From Candidatus Marinacidobacterium sp. (GTDB lineage: Bacteria; Acidobacteriota; Vicinamibacteria; Marinacidobacterales; Marinacidobacteraceae): 64,000 bases of DNA. The notes below the pieces were generated by a model. The model did not search any database and had not been told where the DNA came from. It saw only the letters and a list, made by a program, of their open reading frames with translations. Positions 52,604-63,425 of the stretch are shown piece by piece. Location of the stretch: assembly GCA_965220965.1 (NCBI GenBank), contig OZ244852.1, positions 1,565,254 through 1,629,253 of the forward strand. The letters run 5' to 3'. The position numbers were made by a program, and so were the translations under genes. The stretch's first letter is position 1; every line of letters begins with the position of its first letter.

Positions 52604-54055
52604 ATGAAGGAAAACGCCTTTCGGTCGGGCCGGATGCGGGTGGGCGCCGCGCTCGCTATGACCGTCTGTCTGGCGGCCCCGCTCGCCGCCCAGCCTCCCG
52701 AGCCGCCGACGCTCCCGGGAGATCCGTTCTCGAACGACCCGTTCGGGAACCGCTTCGCCCCGCGGAACGACGCCGATGTGGATGCGCTGGTCCGGACCGC
52801 GCTCTTCGGCCGCAGCGGGGCGGCCCGCAACCGGGCGCTGCGATTCCTCGTCGAGCGCGACGAGCGGGATGTCATCCCCGCGCTCATCGCGGTGCTCCGG
52901 GTGCTGCCGGACGAGGACGGCCGCATCCTGGACGCGCTGCAGCGGCTGGCGCGGGCGAAGATCCCGCGCGACTGGAAGGCCTGGCTGGAGTGGCAGGAGG
53001 ATCACAGCGAGATCCGTCCCTACCGGGGGTTCGTCAAGTTCAAGGCGGACATCCTGGCCGGGATCGACCCGAACTTCCGCGACTTCCTCTACCCGGGGGT
53101 CCGCCACGAGATCCGGGTCGAGGAAATCGTCTGGGGCGGCGTGGAGAAGGACGGCATTCCGGCGCTGGTGAACCCGAAGCGGATCCCGGCGGCGGAGGCC
53201 GACTACCTCACCGACGCCGAGCTCGTCTTCGGCGTCTCCATCGGCGGGGATTCCCGCGCCTATCCGCTGCGGATCCTCGACTGGCACGAGATGTTCAACG
53301 ATGTGGTGGGCGGGATCCCGGTGTCGCTCGCCTACTGCACGCTCTGCGGGTCGGGGATCCTGTTCGACACCCGGACGCCGGGACGCCGGGAGCCGTTCGT
53401 GTTCGGGTCCTCCGGGTTGCTCTACCGGTCGAACAAGCTGATGTACGACACCGAGACCGAGTCGCTGTGGAACCAGTTCACCGGACGTCCGGTCGTCGGC
53501 GAACTGACCGGCTCCGGAATCGAGCTGAAGATGCTCCCGGTCGTCATCTCGAGCTGGGGGGACTGGCGCGCCGCCCATCCGGACACGACGGTGCTCTCGC
53601 TGGACACCGGGTTCACCCGCGACTACCGGCCGGGCCAGCCCTACGGGTCCTATTTCGCGAGCCCCGAGCTGATGTTCCCGGTGGTGGTTCGGGATCGTCG
53701 GCTGGCGCCCAAGGACCGGGTGTTCGTGCTGCGCGACGGCGACCACGAGATGGCCTGGGCGGTCTCGCTCTTCGGGAGCGGAGGGGTCGTCCACGACCAG
53801 GTCGGCGAGCTGGATGCGGTGCTGGTGGGGAACGGCGAGACGGAGACGGTCCGCGCCTACGACGCCGGCGGCCGCCGCTTCACCTTCGTCCCCGGGGATC
53901 CGGCGGTGCTGGACGGCGAAGGCGGGCGCTGGCGCGTCACCGAGGAGGCGCTTCTCGGACCCGAAGGCGAGCGCCTGCCGCGGCTGACCGGCCACATGGC
54001 CTACTGGTTCGCCTGGGCCAGCTACAAGTCCGGGCGCCCCCTGCGCGCTCAGTAG
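52604..54055 (+). CDS. secreted DUF3179 domain protein
   Basis: Signal peptide, then GGVEKDGIPALVNP, AYPLRILDWHEMFND, SLAYCTLCGSG, SGLLYRSNKLMYDTETESLWNQ, MAYWFAWASY. Confidence 0.85.
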   Translation: MKENAFRSGRMRVGAALAMTVCLAAPLAAQPPEPPTLPGDPFSNDPFGNRFAPRNDADVDALVRTALFGRSGAARNRALRFLVERDERDVIPALIAVLRVLPDEDGRILDALQRLARAKIPRDWKAWLEWQEDHSEIRPYRGFVKFKADILAGIDPNFRDFLYPGVRHEIRVEEIVWGGVEKDGIPALVNPKRIPAAEADYLTDAELVFGVSIGGDSRAYPLRILDWHEMFNDVVGGIPVSLAYCTLCGSGILFDTRTPGRREPFVFGSSGLLYRSNKLMYDTETESLWNQFTGRPVVGELTGSGIELKMLPVVISSWGDWRAAHPDTTVLSLDTGFTRDYRPGQPYGSYFASPELMFPVVVRDRRLAPKDRVFVLRDGDHEMAWAVSLFGSGGVVHDQVGELDAVLVGNGETETVRAYDAGGRRFTFVPGDPAVLDGEGGRWRVTEEALLGPEGERLPRLTGHMAYWFAWASYKSGRPLRAQ

Positions 54056-54065
54056 GGCTTCCGCG

Positions 54066-55187
54066 TTGGGGGATCGCCCGGACGCCGGGGGCGCGATCCG
54101 CGCCGCCGAAGTCGTGGTCCCGACCACGCGATTCGATGAGGACCTGAAGTGCTTCACCGAGGCCGCCGGGTTCCGCCTCGACCGGATCTGGCCGGCGGAC
54201 GCCCCGGACTTCGCGGCGCTCTCGGGGCACGGCGCAGCGCTGCTGCTGGCCCGCGCCGCGCGCGCGGCGCCGGTCACCGTCCGGCTCCACACGACGGACG
54301 GAAACGGACTGGCGGGCGGGGGGAAGGAACTCGTGACGCCGGGCGGCCACCGGATCGAAGCGGTGGACGCCGAACCGCCGGTGGTGATCCCCGAACCGGT
54401 CCCCGAATTCAGCGTCCATCGACTGACGGACGAGGGCGCCTGGGGCGTCGGCCGCGCCGGGATGCGCTACCGCGACCTGCTACCGGGACGCCTGGGCGGC
54501 GCCATGATCGCGTCCCACATCCGGATCCCGGACGCCGGGCCGGTTCCGGACATGGTCCACTACCACGAGGTCGCGTTCCAGCTCATCTTCTGCCATCGGG
54601 GGTGGGTGCGCGTGGCGTACGAGGACCAGGGGCCGCCCTTCGCGCTGCGCGCCGGCGACTGCGTGATCCAGCCCCCCCGGATCCGGCACCGCGTTCTCGA
54701 GGCGTCCGCGGGAATGGAAGTCGTGGAGATCGGCGTCCCCGCCGAACACCTGACCACGATCGATCACGAGATGGATCTGCCCACCGGGCGCCACCGACCC
54801 GAGCGTGACTTCAGCGGGACCCGGTTCCTGCGGCGGCGGGCGTCGGAGGCGAACTGGACTCGCTGGCGGATCCCCGGCTTCGAGATGCGGGAGACGGGCA
54901 TCGCGGAAGCGACCGGTGGTCTCGCCGGGGTCCAGGTGGCCCGCCGCGTTCCGGGGCGGCCTCCGCCGCCGTCAGCGCGTCACGGGGCGGAGATCCTCTT
55001 CGGGTTCGTTCGCTCGGGTTCGCTGACGCTGATCGCCGGGAGCCGGGAACCCGAACCGGTGGAGGCCGGTGGGTCCTTCGTCCTGCCGAAGGATCTGGAT
55101 GTGGCCTTCAGCGAGCCATCGGACGACCTCGAGATCCTCGAGGTGACGCTGCCCGGCGCGTTCCCGACGACGCTCGCGGGTTCCTGA
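54066..55187 (+). CDS. bicupin-type cupin domain protein
   Basis: MVHYHEVAFQLIFCHRGWVRVAYEDQGPPFALRAGDCVIQPPRIRHRVLE (cupin 1) and a second cupin-like block EILFGFVRSGSLTL...GGSFVLP. TTG start. Confidence 0.75.
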   Translation: MGDRPDAGGAIRAAEVVVPTTRFDEDLKCFTEAAGFRLDRIWPADAPDFAALSGHGAALLLARAARAAPVTVRLHTTDGNGLAGGGKELVTPGGHRIEAVDAEPPVVIPEPVPEFSVHRLTDEGAWGVGRAGMRYRDLLPGRLGGAMIASHIRIPDAGPVPDMVHYHEVAFQLIFCHRGWVRVAYEDQGPPFALRAGDCVIQPPRIRHRVLEASAGMEVVEIGVPAEHLTTIDHEMDLPTGRHRPERDFSGTRFLRRRASEANWTRWRIPGFEMRETGIAEATGGLAGVQVARRVPGRPPPPSARHGAEILFGFVRSGSLTLIAGSREPEPVEAGGSFVLPKDLDVAFSEPSDDLEILEVTLPGAFPTTLAGS

Positions 55188-55226
55188 AGGGCCGCGACCC
55201 CGCACGCCGGGGACGCCGGAACCCTC

Positions 55227-55589
55227 TCAGAGGAGTCCGAGGCGGAGCTTCGCGGCGTCGGTCATCCGGTCGGGATTCCAGGGAGGGTCCCAGACCAGAT
55301 CCACGCGCACCGAGGAGACGCCGTCGACGCGGTGGATCTTCTGCTCGACTTCGGGCGGCAGCGTTCCGGCGACCGGACAGGCGGGCGAAGTGAGCGTCAT
55401 GTCCACCTCGACCTTGCCACCGTCAGCGACATCCACTCGGTACACCAGCCCGAGTTCGTAGATGTCCACCGGGATCTCGGGGTCGTAGCACGTCTTGAGA
55501 ACGTCCACGACCTTCGCCTCGAGGGTCGCGTCGCCGCCATCGCCCGCGGGCTCGGCGCCATTCGCTTCGGTTGGAACCTGCTCACTCAT
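55227..55589 (-). CDS. sufT: SUF system Fe-S assembly protein SufT (DUF59/MIP18)
   Basis: ATG 55589. VVDVLKTCYDPEIPVDIYELGLVY, MTLTSPACPVAG, VDLVWDPPWNPDRMT. Confidence 0.88.
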   Translation of the reverse strand: MSEQVPTEANGAEPAGDGGDATLEAKVVDVLKTCYDPEIPVDIYELGLVYRVDVADGGKVEVDMTLTSPACPVAGTLPPEVEQKIHRVDGVSSVRVDLVWDPPWNPDRMTDAAKLRLGLL

Positions 55590-55615
55590 GGTGTTCTCCT
55601 CGTTTTCCCTTCCGG

Positions 55616-56071
55616 TCACTCGGTGTGGACGGTCTCCCCGCTCTGCGCCAAAGCGGCGAGCAGGGCGTGCCACGCCAGCGTGGCGCACTTGACGCGCATC
55701 GGGTAGTCGCGGACGCCGGCCAGCGCCGCCAGTTTCCCGAGATCGGCGTCCTCGGCGTCCAGCTCTCCCGACGCCATCTCCCGGAACCGTTCCGAGAGCG
55801 CCACCGCGTCCTGCTCGCTCAACCCCCGCAGCGCCTCGGTCAGCAGCGAGGCGGACGCGGTGGAGATCGCGCACCCGTCGCCCACGAACGCCGCCTGGCG
55901 GATCGTGCCGTCGTTCACTTCGAGGAACAGCTTCAGGCGGTCGCCGCACAGCGGATTGAACCCGTCGGCCTGCCGGTTCGCCGCATCGAGCTGACCGAAG
56001 TTCCGGGGGCTGCGGCTGTGATCCAGGATGACCTCCCGGTAGAGGTCGGCGATCCCGCCGGCGAAGCTCAT
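55616..56071 (-). CDS. sufU: SUF-type Fe-S scaffold / sulfur acceptor SufU (NifU-like)
   Basis: LYREVILDHSRSPRNFG, NPLCGD, GDGCAIS, RVKCATLAW. ATG 56071 overlaps the sufS stop (ATGA). Confidence 0.9.
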   Translation of the reverse strand: MSFAGGIADLYREVILDHSRSPRNFGQLDAANRQADGFNPLCGDRLKLFLEVNDGTIRQAAFVGDGCAISTASASLLTEALRGLSEQDAVALSERFREMASGELDAEDADLGKLAALAGVRDYPMRVKCATLAWHALLAALAQSGETVHTE

Positions 56072-57306
56072 CCGCGGAACAGCCCCACCGCGTTGCGGAC
56101 CCCGGCGATCAGCCGGTCGACTTCTTCCGTCGTGTTGTAGAGCCCGAACGACGCCCGCGCGGTCGCGGGCACCCCGTAGCGCTCCATGAGCGGCTGGGTG
56201 CAATGGTGGCCGGCGCGCACCGCGACCCCTTCCTGGTCGAGGATGGTTCCCAGGTCGTGCGGATGGACATCGTCCACCACGAACGAGACGACCGCCGCCT
56301 TGTGCGGGGCCGTCCCCACCAGCCGCAGGCCGGGGATCTCGACGAGACGCTCTTCCGCGTACTCGCGGAGCGCGTCCTCGTGCGCCGCCGTCGCTTCGAG
56401 CCCGATGCCCTCGATGTAGTCCGCCGCCGCCGCCAGCCCCGCCGGCCCGGTGATGTGCGGCGTGCCGGCCTCGAACTTGGCCGGGGGATCGGCGTAGGTC
56501 GTCCCCTCGAAGCTGACGCTCCGGATCATGTCGCCACCGCCCTGGAAGGGCGGGATGGCCTCGAGCAGGCTCCGCCGTCCCCAGAGGACGCCGATCCCGG
56601 ACGGGCCGTACATCTTGTGCCCGGACACCGCGTAGAAGTCGCAGCCGATGTCCTTCACCCGGATGGGCAGGTGGGGCGCGGCCTGGGCGCCATCGAAGCA
56701 CACGTAAGCCCCGCGCTCGTGGGCCAGCCGGACGATCTCCTCCACCGGGTTCACAGTCCCGAGAGTGTTCGACACGTGGACGGCGGAGACGATGCGCGTG
56801 CGGTCGTTCAGGAGCGCCCGGAATCCGTCCAGATCCAGCTCTCCCCGGTCGGTGACCGGCGCCGCCACCACCCGCGCGCCGGTCAGTTCGCAGACCATCT
56901 GCCAGGGGACGATGTTCGAGTGGTGCTCCATCCCGGTCAGGAGCACCTCGTCTCCCTCGCTCAGCGCGAAGCGGCCGAGGCAGGACGCCACCAGGTTGAG
57001 CGCTTCGGTCGCCCCCCGGACGAAGACGATCTCCTCGTGGGTGTCGGCGCCGAGGAACGCCGCCATCCGGCGCCGGGCGCTCTCGTAGCTGTCGGTGGCG
57101 CGCTGGGCGAACTCGTGGACCGCCCGGTGGATGTTCGAGTAGCCGGTGCGGTGGATCCGGTCCACCGCATCCAGCACCACCTGCGGCTTCTGGGCGCTGG
57201 CGGCGTTATCGAGGTAGGCGACCGGCTGGCCGCGCACCTCCTCGGCGAGGATCGGAAAGTCCCCCCGCACCCGCTCCACGTCGTAGGCGGGCGCCGCCCG
57301 GCTCAC
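56068..57306 (-). CDS. sufS: cysteine desulfurase SufS
   Basis: FPIL...VAYLDNAASAQKP, HHSNIVPWQ, AVSGHKMYGPSGIGVLWG (PLP Lys), RAGHHCTQP (catalytic Cys). GTG 57306 overlaps the sufD stop (GTGA). Confidence 0.93.
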   Translation of the reverse strand: MSRAAPAYDVERVRGDFPILAEEVRGQPVAYLDNAASAQKPQVVLDAVDRIHRTGYSNIHRAVHEFAQRATDSYESARRRMAAFLGADTHEEIVFVRGATEALNLVASCLGRFALSEGDEVLLTGMEHHSNIVPWQMVCELTGARVVAAPVTDRGELDLDGFRALLNDRTRIVSAVHVSNTLGTVNPVEEIVRLAHERGAYVCFDGAQAAPHLPIRVKDIGCDFYAVSGHKMYGPSGIGVLWGRRSLLEAIPPFQGGGDMIRSVSFEGTTYADPPAKFEAGTPHITGPAGLAAAADYIEGIGLEATAAHEDALREYAEERLVEIPGLRLVGTAPHKAAVVSFVVDDVHPHDLGTILDQEGVAVRAGHHCTQPLMERYGVPATARASFGLYNTTEEVDRLIAGVRNAVGLFRG

Positions 57307-58652
57307 GCCGCCGCTCTCCCGGCGCTGCGCACCCGCGCCAGGCTCTCGCGGCCGATGGCGCGGACCGCCTCGACCGGGATCCGGTCGAGGACCTCGCCGG
57401 CGAAGGCCTCGATCAGCAGGTCCCGCGAATCGAGGGCGCCGAGCCCGCGGGAGCGCAGATAGAAGAGAGCATCCTGGTCCAGCCGTCCGATCGCGGCGCC
57501 GTGGGCGCACTTCACGTCATCGGCGTGGATCTCCAGCCGCGGCTGGGTGTGCGCCCGCGCCCCGTCCGAGAGCAGCAGGTTCCGGTTCGACTGGCTGGCG
57601 TCGGTCCCGATGGCGCCCGGCGCCACGACGACCTGCCCGTCGAAGACGGTGCGCGCCTCCTCGGCGAGAACGGCCTTGTAGAGCTGGCGGCTCTCGGCGT
57701 GGGCCGCCGCATGGACCGCCAGCGTGTGGTGCTCGGCCCGCTCGCGTCCCGCGCCGACGAACAGGCCGTTCAGCGACGCCGCGCCGCCCGGCGCCCGGAA
57801 GACGACCGCGGCGTCATGCCGGGCCCTCGCCTCTCCGAGCGACAGGACGGTGCTCTCCACGCGCGCTCCGCGGTCCAGGTGGAAGGTCGCGCGACCGGTG
57901 TGGTTGCCGCCCCCGGTCTCGAGTCCGACCCGGATGTAGTCGAGCTGCGCATCCGCGCCGAGGCGGCAGACCGTGCTGGCGTTCGTCCATCCGTCCGGGT
58001 TGACGAAGGCTCCTTCGTGAACCTCGATCAGGGTCGCCCGGCTTCCCGGCGCCAGGTCCACCACGAACCGCGGATGGAGCATGCGGGGGACGGGCCGATC
58101 CGGGTCTTCCCGACGGAGCGAGCGAAGCAGCACCGGGCCGCACGACTCGCCCGCCCGGATCCGGAGATGCGCCCCTCCCTCGAAGAGCCCCGCGTTGAGC
58201 ATCTCGAGGGGATGCCGGAAGCACGCCGCCAGGTCGAGCCCGGGGCGACGCGCCCGGTCGCGCGCGTCGGCGACGAACACCGGGAGGGCGGGCTGGAGGT
58301 CGCCGTCGGGGCTCCGGTCGAAGAGCTCGGGCGAAGCCGAGCCGGGTCCGAGGAGTTCGAGCGCGGCTTCGGGCGGCGCGCTCGCGGCGCCCGCCGGCGA
58401 GCCGTTCACGAACGTCGCCCGTCCCGCGAGCTCTCCCGGCCACGGCGCTGGGGCCTCCCCGGCCGCCACCTCGCCCAGCCGGCGGAACTCCGTTCGCGCG
58501 AGGTTGCCGAAATCGGAGAACCGCCAGTCCTCGTCGCGCGACGTGGGGAACCCGCCGCGCCGGAACACGCCGTCCACGAAGGCGCGGCGCCCGGGGCCCC
58601 CGGCCTCCGCCAGGTAGCTGGCGGGAACCTGCGGGGAAGCGAGTCCGCCCAT
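57303..58652 (-). CDS. sufD: Fe-S cluster assembly protein SufD
   Basis: EDWRFSDF, and C-terminal QSNRNLLLSDGARAHTQPRLEIHADDVKCAHGAAIGRLDQDALFYLRSRGL. Confidence 0.9.
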   Translation of the reverse strand: MGGLASPQVPASYLAEAGGPGRRAFVDGVFRRGGFPTSRDEDWRFSDFGNLARTEFRRLGEVAAGEAPAPWPGELAGRATFVNGSPAGAASAPPEAALELLGPGSASPELFDRSPDGDLQPALPVFVADARDRARRPGLDLAACFRHPLEMLNAGLFEGGAHLRIRAGESCGPVLLRSLRREDPDRPVPRMLHPRFVVDLAPGSRATLIEVHEGAFVNPDGWTNASTVCRLGADAQLDYIRVGLETGGGNHTGRATFHLDRGARVESTVLSLGEARARHDAAVVFRAPGGAASLNGLFVGAGRERAEHHTLAVHAAAHAESRQLYKAVLAEEARTVFDGQVVVAPGAIGTDASQSNRNLLLSDGARAHTQPRLEIHADDVKCAHGAAIGRLDQDALFYLRSRGLGALDSRDLLIEAFAGEVLDRIPVEAVRAIGRESLARVRSAGRAAA

Positions 58653-58659
58653 CAGGATG

Positions 58660-59421
58660 TCAGGCGCCGGACAGCGCCGGCGCCCGCGCGTAGCCCTCGG
58701 CTTCGAGGCGGTGCGCGAGCGCGCTGTCCCCCGATTCCACGATCCGTCCGTTCTGCAGGACGTGAACCCGGTCCGGGACGATGTGGTTGAGCAGCCGCTG
58801 GTAGTGGGTGATCACCAGGAAACCGCGCTCCGGAGAGCGCATCCGGTTCACGCCGTCGGCCACGATCCGGAGCGCGTCGATGTCCAGACCGGAGTCCGTT
58901 TCGTCGAGCACCGCGAGGGTCGGCTCGAGGACGGACATCTGCAGAACCTCGTTCCGCTTCTTCTCACCGCCCGAGAAACCCTCGTTCACCGGTCGCTTGA
59001 TCAGGTCGGGGTCGAAGTCGAGCAGCTTCACCTTCTCGCGCATCAGGGCGAGGAAGTCCACGGCGTCGAGCGCCGGCTCCCCCCGGTGCTTGCGCACTTC
59101 GTTCACCGCCGCCTTGAGGAAGTAGGTGTTGTTCACCCCCGGGATCTCGACCGGGTACTGGAAGGCGAGAAAGATGCCTGCCCGGGCCCGCTCCTCCGGC
59201 TCCCATCCGGCGATGTCCTCGCCCCGGAACATCAGCTCTCCGCCGGTGATGTCGTAGCCCTCGCGGCCCGCGATGACGTGAGCGAGGGTGCTCTTGCCCG
59301 AGCCGTTCGGCCCCATGACCGCGTGCGTCTCGCCGGCGGGAACCACCAGATCCAGCCCGCGGAGGATCTCGCGTCCCTCGACCGTGACCCGCAGGTCCCG
59401 GATTTCCAGAAGCGGGGTCAT
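58660..59421 (-). CDS. sufC: Fe-S cluster assembly ATPase SufC
   Basis: ATG 59421 (ATGA overlap with the sufB stop). [33 protein letters not shown]. Confidence 0.95.
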   Translation of the reverse strand: MTPLLEIRDLRVTVEGREILRGLDLVVPAGETHAVMGPNGSGKSTLAHVIAGREGYDITGGELMFRGEDIAGWEPEERARAGIFLAFQYPVEIPGVNNTYFLKAAVNEVRKHRGEPALDAVDFLALMREKVKLLDFDPDLIKRPVNEGFSGGEKKRNEVLQMSVLEPTLAVLDETDSGLDIDALRIVADGVNRMRSPERGFLVITHYQRLLNHIVPDRVHVLQNGRIVESGDSALAHRLEAEGYARAPALSGA

Positions 59422-60884
59422 CCGACGGCCCCTTCGAGGCTCACCCCGAGCAGCTTCTGGGCTTCGACCGCGAATTCCATCGGGAGTTCGGACAGCACGT
59501 CCCGCGCGAACCCGTTCACGATCAGCGAGACCGCCTCCTCGGGATCGAGCCCTCTCTGTCTGCAGTAGAACAACTGGTCCTCTCCGATCCGCGAGGTGCT
59601 GGCCTCGTGTTCGAGCTGGGTGTCGGGGTTCGCCACATCGATGTAGGGCACGGTGTGCGCCCCCGAATCGGCGCCGATGAGCAGCGAATCGCACTGCGAG
59701 AAGTTGCGCGCTCCGGAGGCCCCCGGGAGGACCCGGACCTGCCCCCGGTAGGTGTTCTGGCCATGTCCGGCGGAAATCCCCTTCGAAATGATCGTGCTGC
59801 GGGTGTTCTTCCCGACGTGGATCATCTTGGTCCCCGTGTCCGCCTGCTGGCGGTTCGCGGTGAGCGCGATCGAGTGGAACTCGCCGATCGAGTGGTCTCC
59901 CAGCAGGATGCAGCTCGGGTACTTCCAGGTGATCGCGGACCCGGTCTCGACCTGGGTCCACGAGATGTGGGACCTCGCCCCGACGCACTTGCCGCGCTTC
60001 GTCACGAAGTTGTAGATCCCCCCGACGCCGTCCTTGTCGCCCGGGTACCAGTTCTGGACGGTGGAGTACTTGATCCGGGCGTCATCGAGCGCCACCAGCT
60101 CGACGACCGCGGCGTGGAGCTGGTTCTCGTCCCGCATCGGCGCGGTGCATCCCTCGAGGTAGCTCACATAGCTCCCCTCGTCGGCGACGATCAGCGTGCG
60201 TTCGAACTGGCCGGTCTCCGAGGCGTTGATGCGGAAATAGGTGGAGAGCTCCATCGGGCAGCGGACGCCCTTCGGGACATAGACGAAGGACCCGTCGGAG
60301 AACACCGCCGAGTTCAGGCAGGCGAAGAAGTTGTCCGAGTGCGGCACGACCGAGCCGAGGTATCTCCGGACGAGCTCCGGGTGCTCCTTCACCGCCTCCG
60401 AGAAGCTGCAGAAGATGACCCCCATCGAGGCCAGCTTCTCCTTGAAGGTGGTCGCCACCGAGACCGAGTCGAAGACCGCGTCGACCGCCACCCCCGCAAG
60501 CCGCTGCTGCTCCACCAGCGGGATCCCGAGCTTCTCGTAGGTCCGTCGAAGCTCCGGATCGATGTCGTCGAGGGTCTTCGGCCCGTCCTTCACCGCGCTC
60601 TTGGGGGCCGCGTAGTAGTAGATGTCGTCGTAGTCGATCGGCTCGTAGTCGACCTTGGCCCACTCGGGCTCCTTCATCCCCTTCCAGATCTCGTAGGCCT
60701 GGAGCCGCCAGTCGAGGAGCCACTGCGGCTCCTCCTTCTTCGAGGAGATGAGCCGGATCACGTCCTCGGAGAGGCCTTTCGGCGCCTTCTCGGTCTCGAT
60801 TTCGGTGACGAACCCGTAGGCGTAGTCCTTCGAGACGAGCTGCTGCACGTCCTCGGAGCCGAGGGTCTTGCGGGTTTCGGGCAT
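59418..60884 (-). CDS. sufB: Fe-S cluster assembly protein SufB
   Basis: MPETRKTLG start at the ATG at codon 59 of ORF 59418..61058. [52 protein letters not shown]. Confidence 0.95.
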   Translation of the reverse strand: MPETRKTLGSEDVQQLVSKDYAYGFVTEIETEKAPKGLSEDVIRLISSKKEEPQWLLDWRLQAYEIWKGMKEPEWAKVDYEPIDYDDIYYYAAPKSAVKDGPKTLDDIDPELRRTYEKLGIPLVEQQRLAGVAVDAVFDSVSVATTFKEKLASMGVIFCSFSEAVKEHPELVRRYLGSVVPHSDNFFACLNSAVFSDGSFVYVPKGVRCPMELSTYFRINASETGQFERTLIVADEGSYVSYLEGCTAPMRDENQLHAAVVELVALDDARIKYSTVQNWYPGDKDGVGGIYNFVTKRGKCVGARSHISWTQVETGSAITWKYPSCILLGDHSIGEFHSIALTANRQQADTGTKMIHVGKNTRSTIISKGISAGHGQNTYRGQVRVLPGASGARNFSQCDSLLIGADSGAHTVPYIDVANPDTQLEHEASTSRIGEDQLFYCRQRGLDPEEAVSLIVNGFARDVLSELPMEFAVEAQKLLGVSLEGAVG

Positions 60885-60898
60885 GGGAGGGAGGCGCT

Positions 60899-61354
60899 CT
60901 ACTGGAGGACGGGAAGCTGGGGCTGCGCTGGGAGTTCGGTGGGGCCGCCGGCGTCGGCCACGACCTCGGCCAGCGTCAGATCGGAGAGCAGGGCCAGCAG
61001 CCTGGCGTGAATCTGCTGGAGCGGCGTTCGCACGGAACAGCTCGACACGAGCGAGCACCCGGGGTCATCCAGGACGCACTCGACGAACGCCAGCGGTCCC
61101 TCGACCGACTCGATGATCTCGGTCACGGTGATCTCGCCGGCGGGACGCGCCAGCCGGTAGCCGCCGTGGATCCCGCGGCGCGTCTTGACGATTCCAGAGC
61201 GCTTGAGGCTCTGGAGCACCTTGGCGGCGAGCTCCGGCGGGAGCCGGTGGTGCTCCGCCATCCGACGGGCGCTCAGCGTCTGCCCGCCGGGCAGCAGCGC
61301 GAGGTCGGCAAGCGCCATCAGGGCGTAGTCGGTGCTCTTGGACAGGCGGATCAC
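60899..61354 (-). CDS. Rrf2-family transcriptional regulator (IscR/SufR-like), first gene of the suf operon
   Basis: [37 protein letters not shown], and a Cys cluster [17 protein letters not shown]. Confidence 0.9.
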   Translation of the reverse strand: MIRLSKSTDYALMALADLALLPGGQTLSARRMAEHHRLPPELAAKVLQSLKRSGIVKTRRGIHGGYRLARPAGEITVTEIIESVEGPLAFVECVLDDPGCSLVSSCSVRTPLQQIHARLLALLSDLTLAEVVADAGGPTELPAQPQLPVLQ

Positions 61355-61485
61355 GGAGATTCGGGCGTCACCGGTCGGGCCGCAAGGTCGCAGGGGGAGA
61401 GCGCCGGGGGCCGCTCATGGCGAACCGGACCCGGGAAACTCCCGTTACGCCCCACCGCCCACTTCAAAGGCGAGAAAACCCGACC

Positions 61486-61504
61486 GAATGACTCGCACAT
61501 TCTA
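61486..61504 (-). promoter_or_regulatory. inverted repeat GAATG-N7-CATTC overlapping an extended -10-like TGGTAGAAT (minus strand): candidate operator/promoter of the Rrf2-suf operon
   Basis: Plus strand gaatgactcgcacattc at 61486..61502; the minus strand reads gTGGTAGAATg with TAGAAT = 61504..61499. It lies ~145 nt upstream of GTG 61354. No -35 match. Pattern match only. Confidence 0.3.
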
Positions 61505-61597
61505 CCACGCCGCGCCGGCGCAGGGGTTCGGGGCTGGTGACGTCGGCCCCGCCGGGATTGCGGCCGAACGACGCGATTCCTCCTACACTCCGGCGCC

Positions 61598-62293
61598 GTG
61601 CCGAGCGAAGGCCCCTGGGGCGCACCGCCCTCGCCAGGGGCCCCGGACTGGAGCGAGGCGGAAGCCTTCCTGGCGGCGCGCGACGCCGTCCTGGGCGGTC
61701 TGATCCGGCGCGCCGGCCCGTGCTCGCTGGCGCCCCGGCCGAACTCCTTCGCCACTCTGGCGGGATCCATCGTCGCCCAGCAGATTTCGGCCGCCGCCGC
61801 CCGGACGATCCACCGCCGACTCTGGGCGCTGACCCGGGGTCGCGCTCCCGAGCCCGGGGAGATCCTGCGCCGCCGCGAGGCGACGCTCCGCCGGGTGGGC
61901 CTCTCCCGGCAGAAGATCGCCTATCTGCGCGATCTCGCGCTCCGCGTCGAGCGCGGCGACCTGGACCTCGATTCGCTCCCCGATCTGGACGACGAAGCCG
62001 TCCGGGGCGCGCTCACCGCCGTCAAGGGCGTCGGCGACTGGACCGCCCACATGCACCTCATCTTCACGCTGAACCGGCCCGACGTGTTTGCGCCGGGGGA
62101 CGCCGCCGTCCTGGCCGCCATGCGCGACCTCTACGGCCTCGACGAGGACGCAACCGCCGCGGACTACGCCCGCATCAGCGACAGGTGGCGGCCGTGGCGA
62201 AGCATCGGCGTCTGGTACATGTACGAGCATGTCCGCCAGGCGCGGGCGGACCGGTCGCGGCGGACCGCGGAGCGGGGGTCTACTGGCCGGTGA
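61598..62293 (+). CDS. HhH-GPD DNA glycosylase (AlkA / 3-methyladenine glycosylase II-like)
   Basis: SIVAQQIS, SRQKIAYLRDLA, LTAVKGVGDWTAHMHLIF, FAPGDAAV (catalytic Asp), WRPWRSIGVWYMY. Confidence 0.85.
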   Translation: MPSEGPWGAPPSPGAPDWSEAEAFLAARDAVLGGLIRRAGPCSLAPRPNSFATLAGSIVAQQISAAAARTIHRRLWALTRGRAPEPGEILRRREATLRRVGLSRQKIAYLRDLALRVERGDLDLDSLPDLDDEAVRGALTAVKGVGDWTAHMHLIFTLNRPDVFAPGDAAVLAAMRDLYGLDEDATAADYARISDRWRPWRSIGVWYMYEHVRQARADRSRRTAERGSTGR

Positions 62294-63377
62294 GAGCGGC
62301 CGCCTCGAACACCCGGTAGGCGCGCTCCACCGCGATCAGCGGCGCGCCGGGCCCCGGGATGAGGCCCGGGAAGTTCCCGGAGTGCGCGGTCAGGTCGATC
62401 CGTTCGGCCGCTTCCGCGGCGCTCAGGCCGTTCTCGCGCGCCATCCGCGCCTGTTCCCAGAAGTCGTCCAGCCAGGCCGCCAGGTTCCCCAGTTTCTCGC
62501 GGTCCTCGAAGGGAGGCCCGTGTCCCGGCAGCACGACCTCGAAGTCGAGTTCGGCGACTCTCCGGATCGTCTCGCCCCATCCCGGAAAGCCGTCCCCCAT
62601 GAAGGGCAGCCCGAACGGAACGAGGTCCCCGGTGATGAGGACGCGGCGCTGCGGCAGGAACACGACGACGTCCCCGGCGGTGTGGCCCGGCCCCATCCAG
62701 AGCAATTGGATCTCCTCCCCACCCCGGTGAAGCGTCAGCCTCCGCTCCAGCGTGATCGTGGGCGCCACCGGCTGGATCGCCGCGGTCGCCTCCTGGTAGG
62801 CGCGCATCCGCGCGAGGTTCGCCTCGATCCCGGCGCGCTCCTCGTCGGCGGCTGCGGCGAGTTCGGCTTCGATCCCGGCGATCTGGTCGGGCAGCGTCGC
62901 GACGAACGAGTCCCAGGCGGTCCCGGAAACCGACCCGCCGGACGACACGATCTCGTAGGTCGCCTCGTGACCGAGGATCTCCACGTCGTCGCCGAAAACC
63001 TGGTTCCCGTGGATGTGGTCGAAGTGGAAGTGGGTGTTCACGACGTAGCGGACCGGCTTCGGCGTCGCCTCGCCCAGTTCCTCGAGCAGCACCCACGCCG
63101 CCGCCGGAGTGATGTGGGAGTCCACCAGGAGAAGCGATTCCCCCAGATCCACGATCGAGGCGTTCGCCCCGACGTTCATCGCGCCGGTCCCCACCGCGTG
63201 CCAGATCCCCGGCCGCACCTCGGTGATTTCGAAGGCCGCCCCCTCGTGCGCCTGGGCGCCCGGCGGCGGCCCGCTGTCCGGCGCCTCGACTTCAGGGGCC
63301 GCGCACCCGGCGGCGAGGAGAGCGACGAACGGCGCGACGAGCCCGCGGGCCCTGCGGAGGCGACTCAGCATGGTCAT
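62280..63377 (-). CDS. MBL-fold metallo-hydrolase lipoprotein
   Basis: Lipobox VALLAAGC. VVNTHFHFDHIHGN (HxHxDH). GPGHTAGD. LPGHG. Its 3' end overlaps the convergent glycosylase gene by 14 nt. Confidence 0.88.
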   Translation of the reverse strand: MTMLSRLRRARGLVAPFVALLAAGCAAPEVEAPDSGPPPGAQAHEGAAFEITEVRPGIWHAVGTGAMNVGANASIVDLGESLLLVDSHITPAAAWVLLEELGEATPKPVRYVVNTHFHFDHIHGNQVFGDDVEILGHEATYEIVSSGGSVSGTAWDSFVATLPDQIAGIEAELAAAADEERAGIEANLARMRAYQEATAAIQPVAPTITLERRLTLHRGGEEIQLLWMGPGHTAGDVVVFLPQRRVLITGDLVPFGLPFMGDGFPGWGETIRRVAELDFEVVLPGHGPPFEDREKLGNLAAWLDDFWEQARMARENGLSAAEAAERIDLTAHSGNFPGLIPGPGAPLIAVERAYRVFEAAALTGQ

Positions 63378-63425
63378 CCCTCCATTGTGCCAGCCCGTTG
63401 GGACGGGCGCCCGGCCGCCGGATGA